Assembly: GCF_009914755.1 (NCBI RefSeq) | Contig: NC_060926.1 | Length of the DNA stretch: 64,000 nt | From: the human T2T-CHM13v2.0 reference genome, Homo sapiens | Direction: 5' to 3' (one strand) | Part shown: positions 50,421-63,650 of the stretch, piece after piece | How positions within the stretch are numbered: position 1 is the first letter of the stretch | Layout of the letters: every line of letters begins with the position of its first letter | Notes under the pieces: generated by a model | What the model was told of the DNA's origin: nothing | Seen by the model: the letters and a program-made list of their open reading frames with translations, nothing else | Database searches by the model: none | Position numbers and translations under genes: made by a program

Positions 50421-52000
50421 CTACATGGAATTAGAAAAGTATTGCACAAAATTTAAATGCAAATAGTAATTATACTATAGTACTCTGCATTTTTATTTTA
50501 TTCTCCTAGGATGCCTGATTGCTCCTGCTAATTTAGCAGTAACGACATTCAAAACATATGTTTGTTCTTCTAAGAATTAACAATAGACAGACATGATTAT
50601 TTGTTGGCTTTGGTCTGTTTGGATCATTGTAATAGGTGCCCCATATGTAGAAAGTGCCATGAATTTCTACAGCTGATTAAAAATATAATTTTCTGAAGAG
50701 CCATGGTAAATCTCTTTTCCACAGACACCTTTTAATAAAAAACATAAATTATAAGCCTACTCTTATGCAAACAATATTGGCACAACAAGAAAATGATTAA
50801 GATGCAGACAGGGTAGGTCAAAACGACTATAAAAGGATTAATGCAGTTTGTTTGATGTATATTAAAACAGTTGGTAAAAGTTTAAGTAGCATTTTAATTT
50901 TTGGTGTCCACATACTTATGACCCATTCAAATCTTACCAAAAGCAAACAGAAAATTTTTTTGAAAGTACGAGTTCAATAGAAACCACTAGAGCATGTAAA
51001 ATCTGTCTACCGCCACTATTTTATAAAAAAAAAGTTTCAAAATAAAAAGAAGAGCAGCTCTGACTGTTTTTAATTTATAAAATTAAGTAATAGCTATTTT
51101 CTTCCATATCTAACTTGATGTCTCTCAGATGTGGAACACCTTTAGTGATGCTTTTATTTTTCTCTTTGGCAACCCATGCTACACCTCATTTCTTGAGTCA
51201 CTATGGCCTTGTGAGCAGCAATTGTCATGCAAAGTTGCAAAAATATTAAAAGAGGATTTCACATGACTTTATAAACTTCCTGGATGCACGTTTGGGTCTT
51301 TTGAACTAGTGGCAAACTCAAGTGCGATACCCCAGTTTGGCAGCAACATGGCGAGATCCCACCTCTGCTTGTTGATGTGAAACAGCACTCTTACAACTTC
51401 AGTTTCCTGATGCCTCACTAGGCCATGAGAACAAATGGGGTCATCTTAATGAAGTCTTGTAAAACAATAGCAAACCACATTTTACCCTGGCTCTTGCCAT
51501 TATTTTTATGAAGCACATCTTCTTCAATATGCTGTATCTCAGAATTTGGGAGAAGCCTAAACTGTGTCTCATATCTGCTCCCACGTAAGTATGGTCAGTT
51601 ATTACTGGTCATTACTTGAGCTTCCTCTGTGTTCCACTCAATCTGTCATCATGCACTGCTATGGCTTCTACCTCCTTCTCTCTCAAGGACCCAAATCTGA
51701 GTCTGCAGGACTAGATGGTGTACATGTTTACACTATGCCCCATTTGAAATTGGTGTTCCTAACAGTCAAAACTCAAGTGTTGTCTTGAGTGGCTCACCTT
51801 ACCTGAATTGACTTCCAAGAGGCTTCTCAATTCCTTTATACTCTTAAACTTCGGACCTGTCTTGTCCATTTTCCAGAAATATATAATAATTAAAGACTAT
51901 GTTGTGATCATTGTTATATCTGGAATTATGCACTTTTTATCAAGTTTTACTAATATCTTATATGCAACTATTGATATAATAAAATTTAACATCCAGGAAA

Positions 52001-52470
52001 TGTATTGATCAACTAATTCCATAATGGTGCTAAGTAACAAGTTATCATAAACATAGTGGATTAAAAACAACAATAATTTATTCTCATTCATGCATCTCCT
52101 GTTGGGCTGGCAGTGAGAGTCAAGGTGGTTTGTAGGCTGAAACAGGCTTGGCTCAACTAAGCACGGTTCTGCTTTATACATCAGGTTCAAATCTTGTCTA
52201 TATGTTTCCCATCCTCCTCAGATTAGTAAACTAGCCAAGTCATTATCTTCTCATGGTGATGACAGAAGCTCAAGGAAGAAGTGTGCAAGCACATTTCAAT
52301 CCTCTGCTTCTATGTTTGCTAATATCCCATAGGCAGGACATGTAGTCAAGCCTAAAGTTAATGGGCGGAGAAGTGTACTCTGCCTTTAGGGGGAGAAACT
52401 GTACAGTCACATGGTAGAGGATGTGAATTCAGGAGTGGTGAATAAGTAGGAGTCACAGTCAAACCTACTG
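52001..52470 (-). mobile_element. MLT1H-like MaLR LTR
   Basis: TGTATTGATC...AAAACAACAATAATTTATT; TTCTCATGGTGATGACAGAAG; AAGCACATTTCAATCCTCTGCTT; GCTAATATCCCAT; GTCACATGGTAGAGG. Confidence 0.75.
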
Positions 52471-52783
52471 TAGGTATGAAGAACCTAAGTTATACCATTT
52501 ACATAACAATGCATTCTTTATTCTTAGCATTTACAGGGCACTAGAGAAAGATTTTTGTTTATTTAAATTCATTAACCATTCATGGAGTACCTACTTCATA
52601 TAATGTACTGAGCAAAAGCTAAAGGCATATATTGTATATAGAGTACCTGATTCCTGAGAGGCTAATGGTGGGAATTAGGAGAACTCATAATCAGTGCTGA
52701 GTCAGGACTTGGTGTAATCGCCCAATGTGTCCACAAGGACTGCACTAGCCAGGAGTCTTATTATTTTGCTTTAATCTTCGTTG

Positions 52784-53190
52784 CTTTTTAAATTATTTCA
52801 AAGGCAAGAAATATTTATTTTAGAAAATTGAAAAGTATATCTATGCATAAAGGAGAAATTAAAATATGCCCGTACTCCCACCATCCGTAAGTAAACAATT
52901 ATTTGCTTTAATGAACTAGATAGAAAGATAGGTCGAGATCATGTAGGTAAGTAGATAGATAGTAAATTGACTAATTGGTTGTAGAGGAGTGCTTTTCTAT
53001 CTTTTACTTAATGTAACATGTATACATTCAATGTCAGTAAATATTCATCTCTATACATGTCATTAATGCTTAATATTCTGTCATGCTAATATAGCATATT
53101 TTATTTCACTAATTTAATGATAAACGGGTAAATCTCATTTTTGCTATTATAGACAATGTTGTTTTGTAAATGTTGTACATCTCTAAATAC
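52784..53190 (-). mobile_element. Ancient L1ME 3' remnant
   Basis: TAGAAAATTGAAAAGTATA...CTCCCACCATCC; TTTTTGCTATTATAGACAATG. Confidence 0.5.
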
Positions 53191-54689
53191 TTGAAGTACA
53201 AAAAAGCAGAAGGGATGTAAAAGAAATATCAATAATGTTTCTTATCAGGGAAGAGTTTATTTTTCAAGAGATTTTAAAGCAAAAATCCAAAGGCTATAGC
53301 TAGGTTCCAAATTTGGAGAAATAATCTAAAGGGAACAGTATGTTCAAAGCAAGGGAAATAAAGGGGCATTTCAATTAGACACCCAAGGCCAGTCTCCAGA
53401 GAAGACACAAGGACCATAGCATCCAAAATTCAAACCACAGAAGAAAAATGTGTGTTCCGGGGAGAAAGACATTTTAGGATTTGTTGTTAAGATGGGTAAG
53501 ATGAGGGTAGCTGGGAGGCAAATTGTACAAGGCAAAGGAACAATTCTGTACAAGGCAACACAAATGTGTGCACCCAATCCTGCTGGTGTGGAAAGATATC
53601 CAGTCATCAAACTGCAAATGGCAGTGGGTTTACAAGTCAAAGGCACAGTTGACGAGGCTTACAGGGCATGTCTACAGTTCTGGCACTGAAACAACTGGTG
53701 GTTTCAACTAATAGAAAAAATAAGCAAAACTGAGCTTCCATATTTTATAGCCTTGCAAAAATACAAGCTAGTAATCAGTTCATGATCTGTCGGTATCAGC
53801 CTGACTTTCTAAGGTGGAAAAAGGGCGAATCAATATCTTACTGCAGTTGTATGAGCAATGATATTGCGTCTATTCCTAAGGCTGGTTTGCCGTGGTCTGG
53901 ATGTGGTTGGGAAGATACTCTAAAGCAAATTCTGACACCTAAAGTGAAATAGTCCTATAGATTATCTATAAAGAATTCTTTGATTTAAATGCTAGGACAA
54001 GAGCCTCAGCATCTCAGAGAAGTGCCTAAAATTAGGGTACTCTGCTAAACTGAGAGTATGAGAATGTTCTCATTTGTATGGCATTAAATATCAAGCAATT
54101 CTTTTCTAAAATTTGGCTTTGAAGGCCCAGAATTTAAATTTGCAGGGCTCTTGACTATCAAAAGATATTAGTGTAATCCATTCTATTTGTATAGCATTTG
54201 TGTTGATCTTCCCATCAATTCAATGAGGTATAGAAGGCAAACGGTAAAACACTACTATAATGGATCAGGCTGCTGAGAATCGTGAAGGGCTGTGCTGGAG
54301 GTCACCCTTAGAACATGGTAATGACAGGCTATAGTTACCATGTCCTGGCTACCAGCGCAGGGTCCTTTTCTCCTTACCCACCCACTCTCTTACAACACAT
54401 TTAAGACAACCTCAAATGTGTTTTTCAGAGAATTTGGCATTCTATATCTTTCAAATCTCCACTTAAATTCCCAAATTGTGTGGTTTTATTCTTTATTGCG
54501 GAAAATCTTTTTTAAAATATCAGTTGCTAAAATGTCCATTTTATTGTTCTAGATGTCAAGTTGAAAGGATGAACTGGAATCTTTGATGATCAAACTGATG
54601 GAACAGATGATCAGTTCTCATCCTCCAAAGTTGTGACTGTAGATGGTGTAGGAGACTGAGCTGAAAATGTATTGCACCCAGTAGTTTAA

Positions 54690-54805
54690 ATTCTGAGCTC
54701 TTGAGAGAAGAGACTGGGTGCATTTTGTTCAATCTCCTATCCTGGATGCCTACTAGATATCTAGCATGAAGTAAGCATTTAATGAATATTGGTTGAATGA
54801 ATAAA
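54690..54805 (+). mobile_element. L2 3' end
   Basis: CTGAGCTCTTGAGAG...TTTTGTTCA...AATATTGGTTGAATGAATAAAT. Confidence 0.6.
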
Positions 54806-54874
54806 TACTATGTAAGTGATCTTCAGAGTGTGCTTTTTGTTATTGACTTCCTTTTCCAGAAAGTCAACTTATAA

Positions 54875-55145
54875 ATTAAAATAAAGAAAAAGAAAGAGAA
54901 AGAAATTAAGGAAGGAAGCGAGGGAGTGAGAAAGGAAGGGAGGAAGCAAGGCGGAAGGAAGTGGGGGAGGAAGAAAGGAAGAAATATAAGGTGGGAGGGA
55001 AGGATGAAGGAAGGAAGGAGAAAAGAAAAAGAAGGCAAGGGGAAAAACAAGAAGGAAGAACAAAGGAAGAAAGGGAGCAGCATAGGAAGAAGGAACTAAG
55101 GAAAAGGTAGGAAGGAAGAAGAAAGGAAGGAATAAATTAAAAGAA
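54875..55145. repeat. GA-rich low-complexity tract, (GGAA)n-like
   Basis: About 270 bp of almost pure purine on the + strand. Confidence 0.95.
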
Positions 55146-58100
55146 ATTGTGAATTTTGAAGTGTTGGCTTTACTTAGAAGAAGCTCTAATTCATTTAATC
55201 AATATTTTTATCCATTAAGATTTAAAATTCATTTCTTGTCCCTGTTTCAATGTCCATCTCCTTCCCATTCTGTGAAACCAGGACAAGAGCTTCCAATTTT
55301 GTGACTCCTGGGTCCTCCTACCACCCTCAGGCCTTGGGAGTGCGGTGGGAGTAGGAGAAGCACGTGTCACTTGACCTGGAGCAGCTGAAATCTATCTTGA
55401 AGGGGAGTCACCTCCTGCTTCTCCTGGCTCACAGAATAACCAGTGTCCCCACAGTGGGCTCTCTGTGAACTGCTGGCTGTGGACAGAGTTGCAGGATGAG
55501 TTCTCTCTTTGTGCACTCTTTGCTGACCATCTAAGTGGTGTGTCTGACTAGTTTGGCATGTTGCTTGTTAAAATTCATTCTTTTAAAGCCGAGTATCCAC
55601 TTAGTTCCTCTACTCTGAACTTTCATCATTCATTATTAACAATGAAAGCCAAAGTGCATGAAACAAGTTCAGCCCTATCTGTTTCTGGCATGAAAGTGAT
55701 GTCTTGGCATATTAGTGGGACACAGCTCTATCTTACATAAAATGCTGCCTGGGCCCACAACAAAGGCGCTGTCTCTCAGCGCCTAATAGGATCACCTACT
55801 TCAAATGTGAAACTTCCTTCTTTGAAATATTTGTTGAGATTTCATAAACCTATGAAGATTCTCAAACTCAAACAAAACCTTCTAGGCTTTGGCGCAAGCT
55901 CTGACTCTAAAGAGCTTTCTGTTCTATAAGCCAGTTATTGGATCTGGGTCCCAAGCGCAGGCAGATGGGGAGGTGTGGGGGCATCAGGCGAGGAAGAGCT
56001 AGCTTTCCACTTTCTCTTTTTGATACAAAAATAAAAGTCATCTGGCTTTGACTGCAGAAAATGAATCATATTAAGTATTTTAAAAGCACTATTTTTTTGG
56101 TAAGACCTAATTTCAGACCAATTAACACTTTAATATGAAACAGAAGCACATCATTTCATTAGGAGGCAAAATAAGGCCTCTCGGCTACCATATGTTGTCT
56201 CTTCCTTTGCAAGAAAGGAAAAAAGAAAAAAATCTCATTTGAAAGCTCCTATTGTAGATTGAGCTACAAGAGGGAATGTAAATTTGGCACCATCACCCAC
56301 CCCAGGTGAGCAGAACGCATTGAGGAGCCACACAATCACAGGGTTTTGTTTTTGTATTTTTGGCAATGCCCATATTCACTCTGTTCGGTAACAGAAGATC
56401 TGGCTGTTGCCCTAGAAAGCTGAAGAGAAACATTCTTTTGTGAAAACAGAAGTGAAAAGAATCTTTTAGTATGTTCTTCCTAAGAATGTCTATGCTGACA
56501 CGAAGGGCAAAGAAACACTTTGTACCACTGATTTCACAGATTACTTATTTATTAAATAGATGAAACAAAATTATAGCTGTCCCTTTTCAATATTTAAAAT
56601 TTTTAAGATAATGCCTTTAAAATGCACAGAACATGAATGCAGGAGCTGGTGTGATTGGAGAGAGCCTTATTGCACATAATTAACAGACACATAATGTCTG
56701 GTAACTAGTAATTTCCTTCTAGCTGAGTAAGGAAATAATTTAATCATGTTGATCAAATGAATCCCAGGAGCCCAGTGTAACATTATGCCTAAAAAAAAAA
56801 AAAAAAAGAAAGAAAAAGAAAAAAGAAAAAAAAATATGCAATAACTGATAAAAGACTACTTGGTCAAAAAAAAAAAAACAAACAACAACATGGCTTCCAA
56901 CCTTGCTTAGGTATCCTTAATAGTACTTAAAATGCAGGCCTTAATCTGACATTTCAAGAACATTATTTTCCAACACTGGCAGAGGCTACGAATATCGGTA
57001 TGGTCCACTTTTCTATAACCAATACCCAATTGTAATAGATGTATATTTCCCTCACCAATGAAAATGGTCCCCCCAACCCCTGCTTAGAGGAGTGTGCAGA
57101 AAGTGTGAGGAGTGACTAAGTGGAAGTGGGGGTGATTAGACCACACGTCTATTTTCTTAAGAATCTCTCTTTCCTAGAATAGCATCCTATAGTCAATAAC
57201 TAAATATAAACCCCTATTGTTCATCTGTGAATTCCAACTTACTATTCAAAATGGGCAGGAGGAGGCATTCTTCCAAATTATTCCCCCAAACAAATGTCTC
57301 CTCAGTAGAATATATCCTAGCTGTGATAGTCTGGTGTTTTCTTTTGAAATCTTTTGTAGTCTTTGCCATTGTTCTTCTGAACTACTTAGAAAAGGCAGTG
57401 AGCCACCTTCATGGTATCTGAAGTTGGCTCTCCATAATGAGGTGATATAATTTAACACTTACTGTAATACATTTTATCCATCTATTGTTTGCTAAATAAT
57501 TCCTGCAATAACAATTTTATTCTTTCCATAATTCTTCAGGGCAATGCTGGAGGAATAATATTTTTACTGCAGTGATTGATGTCAGGTCCTGGTGCTATAT
57601 AGCCCCATGAACAAAGGTTATTGATAAGCATCAGGAAGATTGGAGGGTGTGGAGGGGGCAGGGAAAGCATTCAGAGGCCCCTGCTGCATGAAAAGAAGAT
57701 CAGGGATCAGAGGGTTAATACCATTTTATGAGGTTGTAAAAATCTACCCCAAGATTCTTGTGTTAGCAATATTCTTTGTGTAAGATGTATGTTATTAAAA
57801 CAAGTAGCAGCATCTGAATTAAAGTGACAGTATGATGGATGACTACTGAAAAGGAATCGGAGCCGTTTGCAGCATTTTGGGCTAGATGTGGGAATTCTGC
57901 CTCAGAGGCAAGGAGCTTGGCAGACACATTGATTCCGGGCTGATGCATGTTCATAAATATGCCCCTAGAGAGGTGTGGCCTAGCAGAATTTACAAAATTA
58001 TGTTCATGAATTATTTAACATTTATTTATGGATGCTATATTTAAACAGTATTTGCAAAGGCGAATGGACCATAGCTTACAAAGTGATCTTTAGATAATGC

Positions 58101-58373
58101 AAATTCTGCACAAGGCAGAGGTGGCGGGTGACTTGCCCAGTGATGCTAAGCCTATGAAAACTATATTAGAGGAGGTGAGTCCACCAAGGAAGGAGCTGCC
58201 CCTCCAGGACACAAGGTGTTTCCTTGATGTAGCTGAGGTTCAGAGCAAGAGGACAGATCAAGGAGGACTTTTTCTCTTCAGGAATGTGGTTACATCAGAA
58301 GACAAGATTGTGCTAGAGCTGATTCAAATTTCAACATAAGGAATTTTTCCATTTACAGCACTCTTTTTTTTAA

Positions 58374-58830
<457 letters not shown>

Positions 58831-58859
58831 TTAGTGTCATATAGTTTGGCATGGTGGAT

Positions 58860-59636
58860 ATGGCAGTGACTCTGATGCTCATGAAATACTCTATTTGCTC
58901 TCACCATTTGCCATCCTCCTTGAAGTCGAGTGAGGCCTTGTGGTTAGGTCTTGCCAATGACATGTGTGTGGAAGTGGCAGGTGTTACTTATGTGACAGAG
59001 GCATACAGGCTTTTGCTTGTCTGTCTTTCTTCTCCTGTGATGGTAAATGAAGAGGACACACAGTACAAGAGGTTCAACTGCTAGAGGGTGAAACCTCCCA
59101 CAGCCCATCCCTATGACTGCAACTGAGCCCCCACCAACCTGTATGAGATGAATAATATGACGGAGAAATTAGAGTTGGTGTATTAGCCCATTTTCACACT
59201 GCTATAAAGAACTTCCCTGAGATTGGGTAATTTATAAAGGAAAGAGGCTTAATTGACTCACAGTTCCACATGGCTGGGAAGCCTCAGGAGACTTACAATC
59301 ATGGTGGACGGGAAAGCACACACCTTCTTCACAAGGTGGCAGGAGAGAGAAGGTGTGAAGGAGGAACTTCCAAGCACTTATAAAACCATCAGATCTCTTG
59401 AGAACTCACTCACTAGCACGAGAACAGCATGAGGGAAACCGCCCCCATGAGCTAATCACCTCCCTCCCTCAACACATGGGGATTGCAGGTCCCTCCCTTG
59501 ACCGTAGGGATTACAATTTGAGATGAGATTTGGATGGGGAGACAGAGCCAAACCATAGCAGTTGGGTTGGGTTAAGCCATTGAAATTTGGGGGTTGCTTG
59601 TTGCTGCAGCGTAACAAAGACTGTCTTGACTAATGC
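58860..59636 (+). mobile_element. MLT1I/J-like MaLR LTR, split by a THE1 insertion
   Basis: CTTGCCAATGACATGTGTGTGGAAGTG before the THE1; GTTAAGCCATTGAAATTTGGGGGTTGCTTGTTGCTGCAGC...TGACTAAT after it. Confidence 0.65.
59179..59560 (-). mobile_element. THE1D-like MaLR solo LTR
   Basis: TGTATTAGCCCATTTTCACACTGCTATAAAG...CAGAGCCAAACCATAGCA with TG...CA ends; perfect 5-bp TSD GTTGG at 59174-59178 and 59561-59565. Confidence 0.93.
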
Positions 59637-59643
59637 GGTAGGT

Positions 59644-59860
59644 CAGTGCTACTCAAACCACCTTCCTGCAGTGAAATAAGATGTTGGTGCCAGAATGTAA
59701 ATCAGCGCTCTACTCACTTTAAGAAGGTCTTACCATGAAAAAGTGGTCAGCTGAACTGAACACGGTGCTTAGTGACAGTTGATTTATTTTCTGGCACAAG
59801 CTCCTTAACTAAGGACACTTGCCACAGAGCAGTTCATGGACATACCATGAGAGGCATTGC
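59644..59860. mobile_element. MER5C-like hAT-Charlie MITE
   Basis: Starts CAGTGCTACTCAAA; internal inverted repeat GTGCCAGAATGTAAATCA / TGATTTATTTTCTGGCAC. Confidence 0.55.
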
Positions 59861-61022
59861 AACAGACAATGGCATATTTTCTCAAGTAGTTCTAGGTTCA
59901 TATTTGGTTGTTTTTTATGGATGACTGACATGTTCTAATGCTTCTTTTGCCTCTTGATAAGCCCAACCCTTTCCATCAAAAATGGGGGAGGCTCAAACAG
60001 AAAAAAAAAAAAGAAGTATAATCTGAAATGGACAAGATAACTTTGTGTAGGAGATGGACCTTATGATTTTACCTTTCTGCTAATTTAAAACCTACATCTC
60101 ACCCCTACAAAATCAGAGCTAGACTTTTTCATTTTGTTTGCTCATAAGAAACGTAAGTATTTTCCTCCTCTAGCAAACCTGCTTTAAATGTAATAATAAC
60201 TTGACCAATGGTGTTATCAGGGTATTCCAGGTTACTCAAAACTAGGATGCTAGCAATACCGAGAAAAAATAAAGCAGATAATCTGATTTTATCAATTCCA
60301 GAAAAGACACAGTGACAATAAAGAGAGGCAAGGCAATGGGATTGAGTTTTACTTTGATAAAAGGGGGTAAATAGAAACAAAACCTTTAAATGTATACATC
60401 AAAAAAGACTCTGCATAAGTTCAAACTCACTGGCTAATACAAAACTAAAATGATAACTTAATATATGTGCTTTAACTACCACTTAAGTGATAGAAATCTT
60501 TCCCTTTTAGTTGACAATATTGGTATTACAAAGGTAGAACTATAACTGCAGTGTCACTGGTGTCTCCTTTTGCCACTCTTAGAGCAAAAGTACAAGCCAA
60601 GTTTGTAATCAGAATATTGATACTACATGGTATTATGTGTGGATTCTGAATGTGATATGTTATTTTTAATTGACGTCTGATTGTAAAATTCCTAGGAATG
60701 TTATATGACCAAGCATGCACACACACACACCCCTCTCTATCTCAATACTTAGGATAGTTACTAGAGCTAAAAATTTAGTCAATTATTGATAAATAAATAA
60801 ATGAGTGAATACGGGTAAATCTGTTTGCATTATCCAGAAGGCAACTACTAGAAGCACTAAGAAAACTCTTAAGAGAGTGTTTAACTATGGTGTTTGAGAA
60901 TGGCACTAGCATCTTAAGATGTGAATTCTATGTCATTAATCAGAGTTTCCAATAAAATAATGTATGACATCTCCATATAACTGTGGTTTGACCTATAGTG
61001 TTGAATTTTAATTTTTTCTCTC

Positions 61023-61215
61023 TTTTATTTATTATTTTTTATTGTATTTTATTGTATTTTATTTTTAGACATGAGATCTCACCATTTTATTGCCTAGGCT
61101 GGAGTGCAATGTTGTGATCCTAGCTCACTGCAGCCTTGAACTCCTGGGCTCAAGTGACCCTCTCTCCTCAGTCTCCTGAGTAGCTGGATTGCAGGTATGC
61201 ATCACCATGCATGGT
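61023..61215 (-). mobile_element. FAM/FRAM Alu monomer
   Basis: T-rich tail followed by a single old Alu arm (GCTCACTGCAGCCTTGAACTCCTGGGCTCAAG). Confidence 0.85.
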
Positions 61216-61319
61216 TTAATTCACTCTCTTTATGAAACTTTTCAGGATTTTTAAAGGATTGGTAAGAAGTGCTGGAAAATTAGGGATAGACAAGTGTACA
61301 GATAAATAGGGAAACACAT

Positions 61320-61780
61320 TGTTCTTCCCTTAGTTCTAGTCCGCTAGGAAGCAGAGCCTGAGGCAGGATTAAAGTTCTGTTTTTGTTTTGTTTAGTTTTT
61401 AATTTGAGAGGGAGAAGCCCGTTGTAAGGTAGGAAAAAAAAAAAGAGAAACAAAGCAAGGGTAGATGCAAAGCAAGGGTAGATGCAAAGCAGTGTGATGC
61501 TCTGAGCCATCTAGCTGGCATTTGCTACACAGTGAACTGCAATGGGACATAGCAGGTCGCTCAGCACATGTGTGTGCTAGGCACTCAGCAGAAACTGCAC
61601 CTCAGAATAGCCCAAAGAAGGAAGAAATGAAAGGGAACTCACCTTCCTCGCACCCTGCAACCTCTTTTTGTTCATTGATCCAAGTTTACTCCATGCCGAG
61701 CTAACTCCCCAAGGTTGCATCCTTCAACCTCTTGGCAGCTGTGCCTGCAATCAGACCCCAAGCCTCTCTATAGGGTGTTT
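61320..61780. mobile_element. LTR16/LTR33-like ERVL LTR remnant
   Basis: GGAAGCAGAGCCTGAGGCAGGATT...TTTTAATTTGAGAGG motif; boundaries uncertain. Confidence 0.4.
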
Positions 61781-62833
61781 TTTCCAGGTTAGAAAGTGGA
61801 GAGATACCTTAGCACTGAGAGGGCTTGGCATGAGGGAGGCAAGTTTCTTCATTTCTGTGATTTCAATTCAGACTACAGCTGCTGGGGAGCTATGCAAAGA
61901 TAGCATGGGCATAGTTGCCCAAGAGGCACATGTAACCTTTGTAGATAAACAGGCAGTTAAGTCTGAGAAAGCACACAAGGTTTGTGTTCAGCATGGTTCT
62001 CCAAGGTTTTAAGAGTCCCAAGGCATGAGATTTTGCGGATGTTTTTCACAATGCCCTCCACTTTTTCTCCTAGTCTTTTTCCTTTACCCTGTTCCAGTCC
62101 ATCCACCCTTTACTCCAGGTTCAGTGTTCACTCATTTGCCCACATTTACCACTGCACCCTGCTCTTCGTTGAATATCTTACCCAATGCAAAACATGTTCT
62201 GCAGCCAGTGATCATTGTTATTGAAGGAATACTTTTCTCTGGCATTGAGAACAAATGTCATCCTTTTTCTAAAGCGCTTCCTCTATCCTCTCCAATCTGA
62301 TGTGTCTCCCTTTGCTGTGTTCACATACTGCTTATATCTTTGTTTAGATGTTTGTCAATGCCTGGTATGCCCATAATTATTTATGTGTATTTATCTACTC
62401 ACTAAGTTGTTAGCTCCTTGAAAACACAAACTATGAAATCTAGCGGAACAAGCTTGGATTTTGGTGTCTGGCAAGTCTGAGTTCTCCAGGACTCATTTGC
62501 TTCATGTTTTTATGGTTTGTCTCTTGCTTCACCTTCCTGGGTTTTATCACCTTTTATGTAAAACTGTGGCAGTTGTACTTTATTTGGTTTTAGTGAAAAT
62601 TGGCAGAGACAATTTAATGCTCATAGCTAATGGGGTGACTGACACATAGCTGGTGCTAAATAAAGGCTACTTTTTGTCTTTATCCAATTGTTATATCCCT
62701 TTATCAGCACCAATGTAGTGAGTGGTTAATGGAAAATGTAAATAATTTCCAATCTGTGTAATACTAGGGAATGCATGTAGTAATTACTTACATGCCAGGT
62801 ACTATCTTAGTGCTTTAGAAGAGTTTACTTATC

Positions 62834-63384
62834 TGTCTTAGTCAGTGTTCTCTAGAGAAACAGAACTAATAAGATATATATATATATACACACACACACA
62901 TATATAAGTGTGTACATATGTGTGTGTGTATATATATGCAATATAGTATATATACACACACATATATATGTGTGTATGTGTGTATATATGTATATGAAGT
63001 TTATTAAGGGGTATTAACTCACATGATCACAAGGTCTCACAGTAGACTGTCTGCAAGCTGAAGGGCAAGGAAGCCAGTCTGAGTCCCAAAGCTGAAGAAC
63101 CTGGATTTCGATGTTCAAAGGCAGGAAGCATCCAGCATAGGAGAAGCATGTATGCTGGGAGGCTAAGCCAGTCTAGTCTTGTCATGTTTTTCTGCCTGCT
63201 TTATATTCTGGCCACGCTGGCAGCTGATTAGGTGGTGTCCACCCAGATTAAGGTTGTGTCTGCCTTTCCCAGCCCACTGACTCAAATGTTAATCTCCTTT
63301 CACAACACCCTCACAGACACACCCAGGATCAATAGTTTGCATCCTTCAATCCAACCAAGTTGACACTCAGTATTAACCATTACA
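62834..63384 (-). mobile_element. MLT2A-like ERVL solo LTR with internal (TA)/(CA)/(TG) tract, inserted into a MIR
   Basis: TGTCTTAGTCAGTGTTCTCTAGAGAAACAGAACTAAT...CAAGTTGACACTCAGTATTAACCATTACA; near-TSD TTATC/GTATC. Confidence 0.92.
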
Positions 63385-63439
63385 GTATCTAATCCTATAA
63401 GGAAGATACAATTTTTATGTTAAAAAAACTTCCATAGAA

Positions 63440-63650
63440 CTTCCTATATACCAGACACAATTCTAATTACTTAACATTTATTAATCATTTTAACCACATA
63501 ACATTCCCATGTGGTTAGTACTGTCATTATTGTCCACTTTCAAAATAACAAAGACACTGAGAGGCTAAGTATCTTGCCCAAGGTTACACAGTTGGTAAGA
63601 TACGGGATGTAAACACAGCCAGTCTGTTTCCAGAGTCTGCATTCCATAGA
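63440..63650 (-). mobile_element. MIR SINE
   Basis: CTATATACCAGACAC...ACTGAGAGGCTAAGTATCTTGCCCAAGGTTACACAG...CAGTCTGTTTCCAGAGTC. Confidence 0.8.
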
